From the human T2T-CHM13v2.0 reference genome, Homo sapiens, in NCBI RefSeq assembly GCF_009914755.1, contig NC_060936.1: a stretch of 64,000 bases of DNA; one strand, given 5' to 3'. Every line of letters begins with the position of its first letter. Position 1 is the first letter of the stretch. The notes beneath the pieces are model-generated. The model ran no database searches, was not told the origin of the DNA, and was given only the letters and a program-made list of their open reading frames with translations. A program made the translations under genes and the position numbers. Positions 36,855-52,520 of this stretch are shown here, piece after piece.

Positions 36855-37195
36855 CAATCATGTGTCTCTTAATGATGAGAGAAATATATTAAGTGATTTC
36901 ACCATTGTGCAAGCATCATAGAGAGTTCTTACACAAACCTAGATCATTCAGACTCCTGCACACCTAGGCTACCTAGACTACAAACCTATTCAGAATGTTA
37001 CGATACTGAATACTGTAGGCTGTAGGCAATTGTAACACAGTATTTGTGTATCTATACAAATCTAAACAGAAAAGGTATAGCAAAATAATAGCATAAAAGA
37101 TAAAAATGGTATATTGTATAGGACAGCTTCATTATACCCTTATGGGATCACTGCTGTATATGTGGCCTAAATCATCTTTATGTAGCACATGACTG
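36855..37195 (+). mobile_element. Tigger3-family (Golem/MER7) non-autonomous DNA transposon
   Basis: TA|caatcatgtgtctcttaatga ... tatgtagcacatgactg terminal inverted repeats; internal 'cttacacaaacctagat', 'actgaatactgtaggc'. Confidence 0.82.
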
Positions 37196-37593
37196 GATTT
37201 GTAAATTGAAACATAAGAAATCCAACAAGGGAGGTTTGTAAAAGAAAATTAGAATAACTTTTTAAAAAATGAAGTATGTATTTTCTGGTCAAGATTCTGC
37301 CTAAAGATTTATAAACAAATATTTCTTGAAATGTTATTTACATAGCTTTAGCCAAAGGACTCTACATTTTTAGATGGATGGACACTGGACTCGCCATGTC
37401 CGTAAAGCTTAAAATACTCCATCTTGACTTAGAGAAGATAAAACACATGTAAATCATAAGGTTCCTATTTGCAGCTATGTTACCCAGTGTGAGAAACCCA
37501 TATTTTTTGTTATCTTATTTCTGCTTCTTATTCCTTAGTTCACAGATTTTTATATTCTAAAAATGGCAATAAAAAATGAAATTTTCTGGTGTG

Positions 37594-37885
37594 TTTTTTT
37601 TTTTTTTCTCTTGATACAGAGTCTCACTCTGTTGCCTAGGCTGGAGTGCAGTGGCACAATCTCAGCTCACTGCAACCTCCACCTCATGGTTTCAAGTGAT
37701 TCTCCTTCCCCTCAGCCTCCCAGGTAGATGGGAATACTGGAACTCACCACCATGCCTGGCTAATTTTTGTGTTTTTAGTAGAGACAGTGTTTTGCCATGT
37801 TGGTAAAGCTCGAACTCCAGGGTAATCCTCCCACATCAGCCTCCCAAAGTGCTGGGATTACAGGCATGAGCCACTGCTCCCCACC
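37594..37885 (-). mobile_element. Alu (J/S) with small internal deletions
   Basis: Dimer; TSD aaaaaatg(a/g)aattttc at 37571-37586 and 37886-37901. Confidence 0.93.
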
Positions 37886-38672
37886 AAAAAATGGAATTTT
37901 CAAAGATAGTGTAAGAAGAAAGAAATAGGAAAGATAAATACAGACACAAGATGACAATATTTTTTAGTGGTTTTATTGACAGAAAATGTAACCAGAATGT
38001 TTTTAACAACTTTTTAAATAATAAATTAATAATTAAACTAATTCTCTTTAAATACTGAATTTATATGTTTATAATTCTGTATGTAATTCTTATTACTTTT
38101 AAATTTCAAATTAATTATTAATGTTACTTGTCCAAAATATGCAAATGTATTAGTACAAACATAAATACTCTCACTACCATGTTCCTTAAAACCCTAACCA
38201 ACACTTTTTAAATAGGTTCACTATCTGCATAATATAGCATATATAGATGTACTTTATTCAACTATTATTGACTTTGTAACTTCACATATTTTTCAGGAGT
38301 TGAGTAGCCAACTATCCAACTTATCTTTTGATATGATAGACCCTGCCAAAGTAAAATGTAAATAGGCACAATAGCTCATGTATAATAAAACTATAAGAAT
38401 TTACACTTTTCCTAGTAATATGGGAAAATGTTTATTTTTCCAATTTTTCTCATATCCTAACAGTATTAGCTAGGATTGATCATCATGTTTTAGTTTGATT
38501 TGGTTTTGGTTTTGTCCACTGAATGCATAAAAATTATATTCCTTTTTGGTGGATTTATTTTCCCTTTTTTATTCACTAGTTAGATATCTATCACCAAATT
38601 TATTGATAATTTGCATTTCTTCCTTTGTAAATCCTCAGATTCCTTTTCCTCTTATCTATATTTCTAACATTC

Positions 38673-39132
38673 ATTATATTCAGGGTTCTCAAGAGAAAGA
38701 AACATAGGAGATACTGGAGAAAGAGAAATTTATTTTAAGGGATTTGTTCATGTGATTGGTGGGGGCAGGCAAATCTGAATCTGTAAGTTTAGGGAGGCCA
38801 GAAGAATGAAAATTGAAATAAGAGTTCATGTTGCTGTCTTTAGTCTAAAATCTGAAGGGCAGGCCAGCTGGCTGGAAACTCAGGCAGGTTTTTGATATTA
38901 CAGTATTAGGGCAGAATTCCTTCTTCCCAGAGAAACCTTAGTTTTTGCTCTTAAGGACTTTATCTGATTAAATTAGGCACACCTACATTATGTAGGGTCA
39001 TCTGCTTTAATTATAGTAAACTGATTATAAGTGTTAATCATATCTGCAAGACACCATCATACTAACATCTAGAATAGTGTTTGATCAAAGCATCATAGCC
39101 TAACCAACTTGAAACATTAAATTAACCATCAC
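38673..39132 (-). mobile_element. MLT2D-like solo LTR
   Basis: ttcagggttctcaagagaaa...gcagaattccttcttccc...attaaccatcac. Confidence 0.8.
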
Positions 39133-39133
39133 C

Positions 39134-39221
39134 ATATATATATATACATAAATATATATATACATAGATATAAATATGCATAAATATATATAAATATATA
39201 AAAATATATATATATATATAT

Positions 39222-39258
<37 letters not shown>
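39134..39258. repeat. (TA)n-(TG)n compound microsatellite
   Basis: Seen directly in the sequence. Confidence 0.92.
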
Positions 39259-39260
<2 letters not shown>

Positions 39261-39363
39261 TGCCAGTTAGGCCCTGAACCCTTGAATTATAGATAACTTG
39301 GTTGACAATAAGTGTTAAGTTTTCTTGGCTAACTAGCACACTTCTAAAAATAAAGACGGGGCC

Positions 39364-39460
39364 TGATGTGATAATTATACATTGTATGCCTGTATCAAAA
39401 CATCACATATACCCCATAAGTATATATACTTGTGTACCCATAAAAATTAAAAACAAAATA
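39364..39460 (+). mobile_element. L1MA 3' terminal fragment
   Basis: attatacattgtatgcctgtatcaaaacatcacatataccccata...tgtacccataaaaattaaaa. Confidence 0.75.
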
Positions 39461-40170
39461 CAAATTGAAAATAAACAAAAGGAAAAATGAAGACTAGGAA
39501 GTTAGGCCTTGTCCTACAACATGTCAAGACCTGTTATGAAGCTAATCTGATTAAGACAGTTTGGTAAGCACAGAGATAGATCAACTGATCCACGGAATAA
39601 AATATAAAGCCCATGCATGTGTCGTACATTAATGACATGCTGGGTAAATTGGAAATATAAGGACTTTTCAATAATTGGAAGTAGAAGAAATTATATTTCA
39701 TATGAAGAAAAATGATGTTCGTTTCTACTTTTCACTTTAAGGAAAATGTATTAATGAAAATGAAAGTCGAGTTATAACTGGAAGTAGATTCTCATGATAC
39801 ACAGTTGAAAACATATTATTATCAACGTATACAAAAATACATTCCTCAAAGTTAGAAAGAAGAGCACAAACAACTCAGAAGTCCCTGGACACGAGCATGA
39901 TTATGCATTTTTCCAAAAGGGAAAAACAAATGAAGCAATGCTAAGCATCATGTGACTCATGAAAATTGAATCAAAATAACAAAGTAACACACATACACAA
40001 ATTCTACAATCATTAACATGCTCATTTTGTAATATGGTATGTATCCAATCAATTTGTAGAAACTATTTATTAGTGATGCTGTTTTTGCCTGCTATATGTG
40101 TTATACATAATTTCCATTGTATTATTTGTCTTAGTCTTTGTATTGTATCTTATTCCATATAAATATTTTA

Positions 40171-40481
40171 TTTTATTTTTTATTTATTTATTTTTTTGAG
40201 CAGCATCTTGCTCAGTCGCCCAGGCTGGAGTGCAGTGGCTAATCTCTGTTCACTGCAACCTCTGCAACACAGGCTCAAGCAATTCTCGTGCCTCCGCCTC
40301 CCGAATAGCTGGGATTATAGGCGTGCACCACCACACCAAGCTAATTTTTGTACTTTTAGTAGAGATAGGGTTTCATCACGTTGGCCAGGCTGGTCTCAAA
40401 CTCCTGGCCTCAGGTAATCCACCCAACTCAGCCTTCCAAAGTGCTGAGATTACAGTACTTTGTGAACCACCATGCCTGGCC
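40171..40481 (-). mobile_element. AluS inserted into the A-tail of the adjacent AluJ
   Basis: Full dimer with a (TTTA)n tail, directly abutting a second Alu. Confidence 0.9.
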
Positions 40482-40779
40482 TTTTTCACTTTTTGAGCGA
40501 GCGTCTCCTCTGTTGCCCAGGCTGGAGTGCAATGGTGTGAACACTGCTCACTGCAGCCTCTATCTCCTTGCCTCAAGCAATCCTCTCACCTCAGCCTCCA
40601 AAGTATCTGAGACTACAAGTATATGCCACCATGGCCACATAATTTTTTAAGTTTTTTTTTTTTCTTTATTGACAGAGTCTTGAGTTTTGAGGCTGGTCTT
40701 GAACCCTGGACTCAAGCAATCCTCCTGCTTTGGCCTCCCAAAGTACTGGGATTACAGACATGAGCCACTCTGCCTGGCC
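40482..40779 (-). mobile_element. AluJ
   Basis: J-type 'cactgcagcctc', 'ctcaagcaatcctc'; outer TSD cata(ta/gg)aatatttta brackets both Alus. Confidence 0.9.
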
Positions 40780-41525
40780 CATAGGAATATTTTAATTTTA
40801 TATTTAAATCTTCCAATTGAGGTGTCCAATGTGATTGAGCTTTTTTATATTTCATGTAGCCAAGATGTCTATAGTTTGCCGTCATCCAATGCTATGCAAA
40901 TAATAACCTAAATTATTCATTATAATAAAGAAAATTAATTAAAAGCCACCATGAATGTATCTTATTAAATGGTAAATTTGGAAAACATATTCAACAACGT
41001 CTGGCAACAATGTCCAGAATAACAACTTCCACTAATATTATTCAATGCTGACTTATGTTTTAGATAAGTAAAGGTATAGACTAGTAGACAAAGCTAAGTT
41101 AACTTCTTTTTGAATTTTTAGAAAATACCATTTGACAGATGATACAAGTACTATTGTAAGGTACTATTTTAATGAAAGCTGTGTTTTGTCACTTGGGCTT
41201 TATTGTTCAAAAATACTGTGACTCACTGAGATAGATCAGCGGGAAATTCCAAATATATCCCAGACACCAGCTAGATTGATTCTCTTTTAGCTAGAAATAA
41301 AATGTCCTTAAACTTTCATTACAGTGATATTGAAACATGCATTGCCCTCCACAGGATTTCTGAATATTCGCAAGAGGCATATGTTCTTATAATCATATAT
41401 GGCTCATAAATTCTGCTTCTGCTAAACTCGTTCAATTTAGCAATCATATGCCATTACTTTTGGGCTATTCTCATTCTCTACCACATTTGCCCAATTGTAA
41501 AACTTTGCCCTTTGTTTTAATTTTT

Positions 41526-41558
41526 ACACACACACACACACACACACACATACACACA
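41526..41558. repeat. (CA)n microsatellite
   Basis: Seen directly in the sequence. Confidence 0.9.
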
Positions 41559-42934
41559 AACATATTCACACCACCATTTTTAAGTCAATTGTGTGTACAG
41601 TGTACTCTAGTGAAAGTACAATGAAAAATGCAGAGGTTTACATTACCTCCATTTGAAATATTGTACCTGCTGATCATTACCTCCCGTCTTCTGGCTCGTT
41701 TCCTCTAACAACCCAATACAACCCTCAAAACAAATCTGCAAGTGTCTTAGTCCCTAGGTCCTATCTGGTTTTCACTGTCCATGACCTACTTCATACATCC
41801 CTCGCCCTTCTAACATCACAAGGAAAATCATCATAGTCACTCCCTCACATAAAGCCCTCAAATCCTTTCTGGCTTCATAGTACTCACTGGGTTAAATTGC
41901 AATCCTTGTTAAACCTAAAAATCTACCCTCGCCTCCTATGTACTTATACAGCTGAACACAAATGAGAAAAATAAGTGGCCTTCTTTCGTATGAAATTCAT
42001 GATCAGTAACTTCAATTGGGGCTTTACGTTGTTGACAGTTGGATTGCACTGAATTGGGGCTTTCCCATTTTCAAGTTCCCAGTTGGTTATTTCCTAATTT
42101 CTTAATTTCATCAAAATCCAGCACTTCTTTTCCCATTATCACATCAAACTAATGACATTACTTCTTATTTTACTGAAGAAATCTCCCATGATTACATTTT
42201 TCTAATTTGGGTCCTTTTACTTTTTTTGTGGGGGAAACAACCCCCTTGCCTATAAAGTACATCTCAATATTTCTCACTTATTCAAAGAGTTTGCTCTGAA
42301 AAAGTTTCACTTTCTCCTGCATTATTATTATTTATGGCATCACTGGAGTATTCCTATATACATAAAAACATGGTAAGCCCTTCCAATATGACCATTAACG
42401 AGTAGATAAAATCATACTTATTTTCTTATTGTTAATAATTATACATCTTAGCATCCTATAGAAACACTTCTTACAGAAATTGGAAATAATTACATAAAAT
42501 TAGGGAAATGAAGAAGATAAAGGAAGTGATTTTTAACCAGGAAAGGGTTTAAAAGGAAGTATTAATCCAGGCTTTCTTCAGGAGAGCATTTTCTAAACAA
42601 TCATGGAACAGAAAATAAAAGCAAGGGTAGGCTTTTCAAATCATAATTGTCTTTCTGAGTGGAGGAAAGAGAGACTGAAGATCAGAGCTGCCTTAAAGTT
42701 TTGAACTTTCTCTTAGGTGAAGATCCACAGAGTAAGGATTTGCAGAAACACAGCCTGATAAATCTGTGTAAGAATTCTCATCAGTTCCTTGGCTGGCCCC
42801 TATTCCATGTATGCACAGGGCAAAATTCTAAGAGGCTTATCAGAGAACAGCCACTATAAGACTGGATTACCTACCAGAGATTTCAGAGGTTGTACAAAAC
42901 AGAAGAAATATTAAAGTTCATGTGCATCTATAGT

Positions 42935-43470
42935 AGAGATAACCTCTTCACGTGCACATGGTATGTTTATGAAACTAGGTCATATCCTAGCCATAAGGCT
43001 AGCTTTAACAGTTTTCAAAGAACTGATTTTATACAGAGGATATTCTCTGACCACTGTGAAGTATAATTGGAGCTCAATAACAGAAAATTTGCTAGAAAAT
43101 ATTTGAAAATTAAGAAACCTATATGACTCATATTTTGAAGAAGAAGCAAAAATGAAGATTACAAATACTGAATCATAATGAAAATACAACAGGTCAAGAC
43201 ACATGGCATGCAGTTGAAGTGGTGCTAAAGGACATTTATAGCTTTAAATGAATATGTAAGAAAATAAGACTCGTTTTAAATTAATGATTTAATAAACTTC
43301 TAATCGAAAGATCTATAAAAATAAAAGGAATTAACCCAAAGAAATTAAAGGCAGGAAGTAACAGTAACAACAATGATAAATAGAAGAATAAATAAATTCA
43401 AAAATAGCAAAACAGAGAAACCAATAAAACAAAGTATATTCTCTCAAAAGCTTATTAAAATTAACATATT
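42935..43470 (+). mobile_element. Old L1M ORF2 endonuclease-region fragment
   Basis: 'ttctctgaccactgtgaagtataattggagctcaataacagaaa' (SDH region) and 'tttatagctttaaatg'. Confidence 0.6.
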
Positions 43471-43561
43471 AGCCTTTAAGAAAATTAAGAACAAGTGTCC
43501 AAAAGGCATGATTAAGGGAGTTAAATTAAAAGCAAACTACAGTCTAGGAAAAGATATGAAC

Positions 43562-44158
<597 letters not shown>

Positions 44159-44164
44159 TGATAT

Positions 44165-44555
44165 CTATGAAAAGATATGTACAATAATGTTCATAACAGT
44201 TTCACTAACAGTAATTTCTAAGTTGTAAACCACCCAAACATTCAACAGTAGTAGAATGGGTGAATAATTTGTGGTATAATCTTAAAATGTGCTGTTACAC
44301 ATTGTAATGCTACCCAGTGAAAATGAGCCATTTTATGATACCATGTCTAAATTTTTAGACATATTTTTGAGTGGAAAAAAATAAGAATCTAAAGAATGTA
44401 TATCATACAGCACTTTATTTTTGTGTAACTCAAAAATAAGCAAGGCTAATTGATGATGTCTGGGTACGTGACCACATAAATGTACACAGGTAAAAATGAA
44501 ACAATCTACATACTTAAGACTTGTGGCCTTATGTATATTGTATATCTTCTCAATT
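44165..44555 (+). mobile_element. L1ME-type 3' fragment
   Basis: aataatgttcataacag...aaaccacccaaacattcaacagtagtagaatgggtgaataatttgtggtat. Confidence 0.55.
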
Positions 44556-44569
44556 AATTAATTTATTGA

Positions 44570-46280
<1,711 letters not shown>

Positions 46281-47394
46281 ATAAAATATGAGATATATCT
46301 ATTCTTAAATTTCACAGCCCCATCTCTTTTTTCTGCACTGCAGATTATGGTCTCTTCTCATAGTACTCGGACTCATTCTTATGCCTCCCTTCCTGAGGTG
46401 TTTCTAGAATTTTGACTTCTTCCACTAAATTGTATAGAACAATTCAGTGCTTTTAATTCTCAAACTCATATCCAGGCCCACACTGTCTTAGCAAAAATCC
46501 ATGGATATTCTCAAGAGAAAAAAAAATCCCTTTGTTCAATAATATCCACTTTTCTGAAAAAGCAGTTGCTTAGATGTTGTATAACCATGGCTTAATTCAG
46601 TTTCTAAATATATTATACATAGATATATCCCACCCAGCCCTGCCATCTGCTGGGGTATGTGCCTGTATTCTCAAAAGGATTCTTTATTTTGTTATTAAAC
46701 TAACATGTTCATGGAAACTTATGAAAAATCTTTCTGTAGTTTTGGGTTGGAAGTTATGATCAAGGTAGTATGTAAATGTATATATTTATTATGTGGAATA
46801 TGTAAGAGAGGAAGTATGCTAAAAGCAAAAGCTCAGTTAAGACACATTCACTTTTATAAGTGTGAGGTATAGAGTATCTAGCTTTTCATTTAAGTAATAG
46901 AAGCAGAAAAAGGAGCGATAGTTGCTAACAAGAAATAAATGAATTCAAATGATGACTGGCATCAGAGAGGAAAATGTAGAGAAAGAAGAATCAAGATGGG
47001 ATCAGAAAAGAATTAAACCACTCTTGTTTTGAGATCTTGCCTTCTCTAGAGATATATTTGAACCTTTTAACCTTTTAAGTCATAAGCCATAAAGATAGCA
47101 TGTTAATGCTAGATGCCATTTAAAGGCATCTTTTAAGACATATCCACAGTACATTTTCATAAAACATCAGTTTAAGCTCTGTCAGTTACATCTGCTCCTG
47201 AGAGATTTCACCAGTCATATTGTATTATATCACATGACTGTTCATAAAATGATTGATAGTATACAGACAGAACACATCCAAATAAGTAGGTTTCATTTGA
47301 AGATCTTTAAATGATCTATGAGCATTTCATATAGGCCTCTAATAACAAGAGTTTATCATAATTTTATTTAACACATAGGTTTTAATTCAGATAG

Positions 47395-47600
47395 TTAAAG
47401 AAACTTTCATTGGGTTTTTTGTAGGAAAGGCAAGGCAGAGTACAGTGATGAGTTAAGGACTGGCTAATTTGAATAATTTCAGCGGGGCTCTAAACTAAGG
47501 ATGGTTCCTCTTTGCCTGGTGCCTGGCCCTGGGATGGTTAAAGCAGGGGAATACTGCTTTCCGGGGTAAGGGCCAAATAGAAGAGGTATGGCTCCTTCTA
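47395..47600. mobile_element. ERV LTR fragment (MER21/MER68/MER77-like)
   Basis: 'ggactggctaatttgaataatttcagcggggctct...gcctggtgcctggccctgggatggttaaagcagggg' recalled as typical of this group. Confidence 0.5.
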
Positions 47601-49351
47601 CTACTTTGCATAACAAAGGCATGCTCCTGGCTGGGCCAATCTCTACAGGTAAACTAACCTCAGTAGAGGCAGTCTTTCCCCAGCTAGAAATGTTGTTTAA
47701 GATGTGTAAACATACTATACCGAAAAACAAGTGTATACAATACAGAACCTCAAACAAAATGTCAATATGTAATATAAAATGTAGCTGGCATATCATCTGC
47801 CAGGTATTCATAACATTTGTATTTTAAAATCTATCAATTACCTTTCATTTACACTTATTTTCATCATTCACTTGGCAATTCATTACATGCTAATATATAA
47901 ACTTGCAATATCATTGGGTGACTCTTCAAGACCTTTAGTCTTGTTTGGGAACTTACAATAAGTTGAGAATGATCCTATTAAAAGAGACTATGAAAGTTGC
48001 ACTATAAGATGTCAGGTCCTAGTGAGGAGTTATAAATAGCCCGCCGGAGAAGCAAAGAAATGACAGGTTTTAATGATGAAACTTCATCATTAAATTACCT
48101 ACAAAAGAACTAATATCTAGGCATGTGGCAAACAGGAAGCTCTGATGACAGCACTTTCCATTAATGTACCATGCCCTTTTCCTTTAATTTTCTATTTTTC
48201 CTTTGCCCAACAATAAAGGAGCTAGAAACTGCAACTATTGAGAGATAAAAAGAGGCGGAAATCACAACAGTGTTCTCTCCCTCAGTGCCTAACAACACTG
48301 AGTCAGATCAGATGGTCAAAGGAAAACACATTGAAGTGAATGACAGTGTACCTTTTTAATCTGAATAATAATGAACTAAATTCCTTCCTGTGATTTACTC
48401 CTCTCTACTACCCTTCTTTTCTCTTTTACTGTAGTATCTCAGATAAGTTTTAAAGTGTTTCAATATTACTACGCTTCCCTCCTTGTTAATCACAAATGAC
48501 ATCCTAGTTTTATTTTTCTATAACATACCCACTGAAAAACTAGCCTCTTATCCAACCATTTTTCAAAATTCTGATTTATGAAACTTTGGACACTGAGTAA
48601 AGAAGAAACTTGTGCCTTAGGGAGACTGGCTTTGATAACCTGACCATAAATATAGAACAAGTACAAAAAGAAGTCCCCAGTATACTAGCTACAGTATACA
48701 TGATCACATCCAGGGCTGTGCCTGGTTCCCTATGGGTGATAAATTATAATCAGTACTAACACTTCATTCCTGTGGTCCTCTGCTACATCAGACCTTTCTA
48801 TGTTGCCGGAGTGGCCAATAATTACAGCACAGCATATCTTTCAAGTTTTGCTTGACGCTTAGGATAAGCAATTAGGAAGATCTTCCAGCAAGGACCCATA
48901 CATATTGAATCATAAGAAAAAATGTGAGTAAAAAAGTTAGAAACAAATAATTATGGAGACCATAAACCTATCATTAATATGTAAAATATATTTTTGCATA
49001 AGGTTATTAAAAATATTTAAGCAATATTTTAAAAACAGAACACCATGCGTAAAAACTAAGATTTGGAGATTATCATAACAGGTTTATGTTCCTACTGTCA
49101 AAAATCAAAAGGGGCTGAATTTGTCTCTACACTTTATAGGAGACATTTTTTTCTTGTATGTATATTACATATATATGTATATATTATATATATTTATATG
49201 TCTTAGCCATTTTATTCTATCCACATCTTTGATTATTTTATATATGTATCACAGAAAGAGAGAGAGAGAGATTTATTATAAGGAATTGGCTTATGCAGTA
49301 AGGGAGGCTGCGAAGTCACAGGACCTGCCATCAGCAAACTGGAGCCCCAGG

Positions 49352-50199
49352 TGCTGCAGATTAAATCTTTGTATTGTGAAACTTGATTATATATATTGGG
49401 CCACTCTTGTCATATCCAACTAAATCAGAGTCAAGGGGTCAGGTAGAAAAAAACATTCAGGGCACATAACACCAACTCCACAACTGAATTTTCTACCAGG
49501 CCACCTGCTGAAATGTTTTGCTGTAGCTCTAGGACCAATTTTCCCTTGTAGCTGTTGAAACAACCTGCCATGACTCTAAGACTAGTTTTACCCACTGACA
49601 TCACCAATTAGAGCTTGCCTGCTCCTAAAAGCTTTCCTAGTGCCAATGAGCTTTATTTTAAAACTATACATAACATTTCTCTTTCTAATAAAACCTCCAA
49701 CTTTCTCTTTGTTCTTCGGACATATCAAAGACCACTCCAGTCTGTCCCTACGCTGTGAATTGAAATTCTGTGATTCTTGAATAAAGCATTTAATTTGGAG
49801 ATTCATCTCTACATTTTATTTTGACTTCAACAATGTTCCCCCTGCCCAAGTCAAATTTATATATTGAAATTCTACCCCATAATGTGATGGTATTAGAAGG
49901 TGTGGCCTTTGGGAGGTAATTAGGATTAGATGAGGTCATGAGTGTGGAGTCCTTATAAATGGGATTAATGTCCTTATAAAAGAGGCCACAGAGAGCTCCT
50001 TTGCCCTTCCACCATGTGAGAACACAAAGAGAAGATAGCCATCTATGAACCAAGATGGAGGATCTCACCAAACACCAAATTTGCTGTAGCCTTTATTTTC
50101 TATGTTCCAGCCTCCATAACTGTGAAAAACAAATGAAAAACAACTTATTATCCAACCAGTTTAGGTAGTATTTGATAGAATCCTTAACAGACTAAGATG
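49352..50199 (+). mobile_element. MLT1 (MLT1A/B-like) LTR inserted in the MLT2 LTR, itself split by LTR47
   Basis: aatgtgatggtattagaaggtgtggcctttgggaggtaattagg...cagactaagat; perfect TSD ccagg at 49347-49351 and 50200-50204. Confidence 0.85.
49375..49832 (+). mobile_element. LTR47-like solo LTR
   Basis: tgtgaaact...gggccactcttgtcatatccaactaaatcagagtc...gactctaagactagttttaccca...ttgacttcaaca. Confidence 0.75.
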
Positions 50200-50534
50200 C
50201 CAGGAGGATTGATGGTATAAATGCTAGACTGAAAAGCAGCAGGCTATAGACTCAATTCTTATTTTTCAGATTGAATCCAAAGGCAGAAAAATAAAAATAG
50301 CTCAGTCACAGGGAGAAGATGTTCCTTCTTACTTAGCCATTTTGTTCTATTCAGGTCTTTAATTGATTAAATGAGGCCCTACCACATTATGGGGGGGCAA
50401 TCTGCCTTACTTAGTTTACTAATTTGAATGTTAATCTTATCCAGTAGCATCCTCACAGACACACACATAGTAATGTTTGTTAAAATATCTGGGCACCCTG
50501 TGGCTCAGTCTAGTTGACACAAAACTTAACCATC

Positions 50535-51168
50535 CACAATGGTTGAACTAGTTTACAGTCCCACCAACAGTGTTAAAGTGTTCCTATTTCTCCACATCCT
50601 CTCCAGCACCTGCTGTTTCCTGACTTTTTAATGATCGTCATTCTAACTGGTGTGAGATGGTATCTCATTGTGGTTTTGATTCGCATTTCTCTGATGGCCA
50701 GTGATGATGAGCATTTTTTTCTGTGTCTGTTTGCTGCATAAATTCTTCTTTTGAGAAGTGTCTGTTCATATCCTTCACCTACTTTTTGATGGGGTTGTTT
50801 GATTTTTTCTTGTAAATTTGTTTCAGTTCTTTGTAGATTCTGGATATTAGCCCTTTGTCAGATAGGTAGATTGTGAAAATTTTCTCCCATTCTGTAGGTT
50901 GCCTGTTCAGTCTGATGATAGTTTCTTTTGCTGTGCAGAAGCTCTTTAATTAGATCCCATTTGTCAATTTTGGCTTTTGTTGCCATTGCTTTTGGTGTTT
51001 TAGTCCTGAAGTCCTTGCCCATGCCTATGTCCTGAATGGTATTGCCTAGGTTTTCTTCTAGGGTTTTTATGGTTTTAGATCTAACATGTAAGTCACATGT
51101 GTATACATATGTAACAAACCTGCACGTTGTGCACATGTACCCTAGAACTTAAAGTATAATAATAATAA
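50535..51168. mobile_element. 5'-inverted (twin-primed) L1PA insertion: antisense ORF2 piece 50535-51094 plus sense 3' tail 51094-51168
   Basis: Orientation switch at 'ctaacatgtaagt-c-acatgtgtatacatatg'; TSD core acttaaccatc at 50524-50534 and 51173-51183. Confidence 0.92.
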
Positions 51169-51187
51169 AAATACTTAACCATCACAA

Positions 51188-52345
51188 GTCTACCACTTGT
51201 CAAATTGGCACCCATACATATCCCCTTAAACCATAATTAATCATCAAATAAAGACAGTAATAATTTTATATAAGGTAATAAGAAGGGAGAAAACAAAAAT
51301 ATTTTATCTATCTATATATATGTACATATATATATGTATGTGCACCTATATTCATAACAAAATAAGGAGAAAATACTCATGACAATTACAGTTCTAACTT
51401 ACATAACTGGTTATATGGTTCCAGCTGGTATATATAACTATCTTCTTCCACTATCCATTTTTTATTCTTTTTACCTACAGCAATCCCCTCACTTGGTCAT
51501 GGTTCTTTACCTGGTGTTGTGACCCAAATCTTTATTCTGAAAGGGTTTGGGTCATTAGTAGTTGTGTTAGTTCATTTTGGGCTGCTGTAGCAGAATACCA
51601 CAGACTGAGTAATTTATAAAGAACAGAAACTTATTTCTCAAAATTCTGGAATCAGGAAAGTACAAGATCGAGGTGCCAGCAGCATCTTGCAAGGGCTCCC
51701 TTACTGTGTCTGCATGGCAGAAGGCAGAAGGGCTAGAGATAGCAAAGCTATTTTCACAAACCCTTTTTATAAGGACATTAATCTACTAATAAGGGCAGAG
51801 CCCTCATGATAGAAACACCTTCAAAAAGTCCCACCTTTCAACACTGGCATTGAGAATTAAGTTTCCAGCCCACGAATTTTGGGGGACACATTTCAACCAA
51901 AGCAGTAGTCTTGCCTAGGTTGGATTGTTGTAGTTTCTTATTGACATCATTCACAGGGCATGGTAATACTAAAAGTCACCCTAAGGGATCTCCTGTATTC
52001 CAGACATATTGTTCTTTACTTCCATCATGTAACAGTAGTTTGATTTCCTCTTGGTAGTCAGGATTAATGTGCCCCAGCCAGCACAGTAACTCCCTCTTTA
52101 CCTGTTAATTCAGAAGCAAGAGGTGCCCAAAGTTGTCTTAGTCTTAACTTCCGGTTTCTTGTAGTCATTGTTGTGTCTCCAGGTGGAAGCATTCCTTCCT
52201 TTGGAACCAAAACCTGAAGGGAAACATGAGATAAGGTTGGGGAAGAAGAAGCAAAAATTTCACTAGTGGGTCACTAGCAGTGACAATGTGTAATGGCACT
52301 CCCATTTCTACCCCTCAATACCTGGCTATGGGAGAAACAGCACCT
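51188..52345 (-). mobile_element. ERV-L internal 3' region with polypurine-tract end and dUTPase remnant
   Basis: Minus strand ends gggtgccaatttgacaagtggtagact next to the LTR; it translates to VLVPKEGMLPPGDTTM...PDYQEEIKLLLHDGSKEQYVWNTGDPLG (ERV-L dUTPase-like). Confidence 0.82.
51563..51904 (-). mobile_element. MST/MLT1A-type MaLR solo LTR (MSTD-like) inserted in ERV-L internal sequence
   Basis: tgtgttagttcattttgggctgctgtagcagaataccacagactg...gggggacacatttcaaccaaagca; perfect TSD gtagt at 51558-51562 and 51905-51909. Confidence 0.87.
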
Positions 52346-52520
52346 GGTAGGATTGAATATGAGTGTCCCTTCAAAATTTATATGTTGAAATCCTAACCCC
52401 CAATATAATGGTATTGGGAGGTGGGAGCCTATGGGAGGTAGTTAGGTACTTAGGATAGCTCCCCCATAAATGAGATTAGTGCTCTTACAAAAGAGGCCCA
52501 GAGAGCTCACTAATCTCTTC
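52346..52520 (+). mobile_element. MLT1A-like LTR 5' fragment
   Basis: gtgtcccttcaaaatttatatgttgaaatcctaacccccaat...attagtgctcttacaaaagaggcccagagagctc. Confidence 0.78.

Larger units (their letters stand above)
49240..51187 (-). mobile_element. MLT2 (MLT2C-like) 3' LTR of an ERV-L provirus, in three pieces (49240-49351, 50200-50534, ~51173-51187)
   Basis: gatttattataaggaattggct...ccagg | ...ctgggcaccctgtggctcagtctagttgacacaaaacttaaccatc | aca. Confidence 0.85.

Noticed and set aside
40196-40911. Cluster of overlapping ORFs
   Set aside because: All are Alu-derived translations.
48580-48900. Possible additional old LTR
   Set aside because: The composition is suggestive, but I could not identify termini, a TSD or a family.
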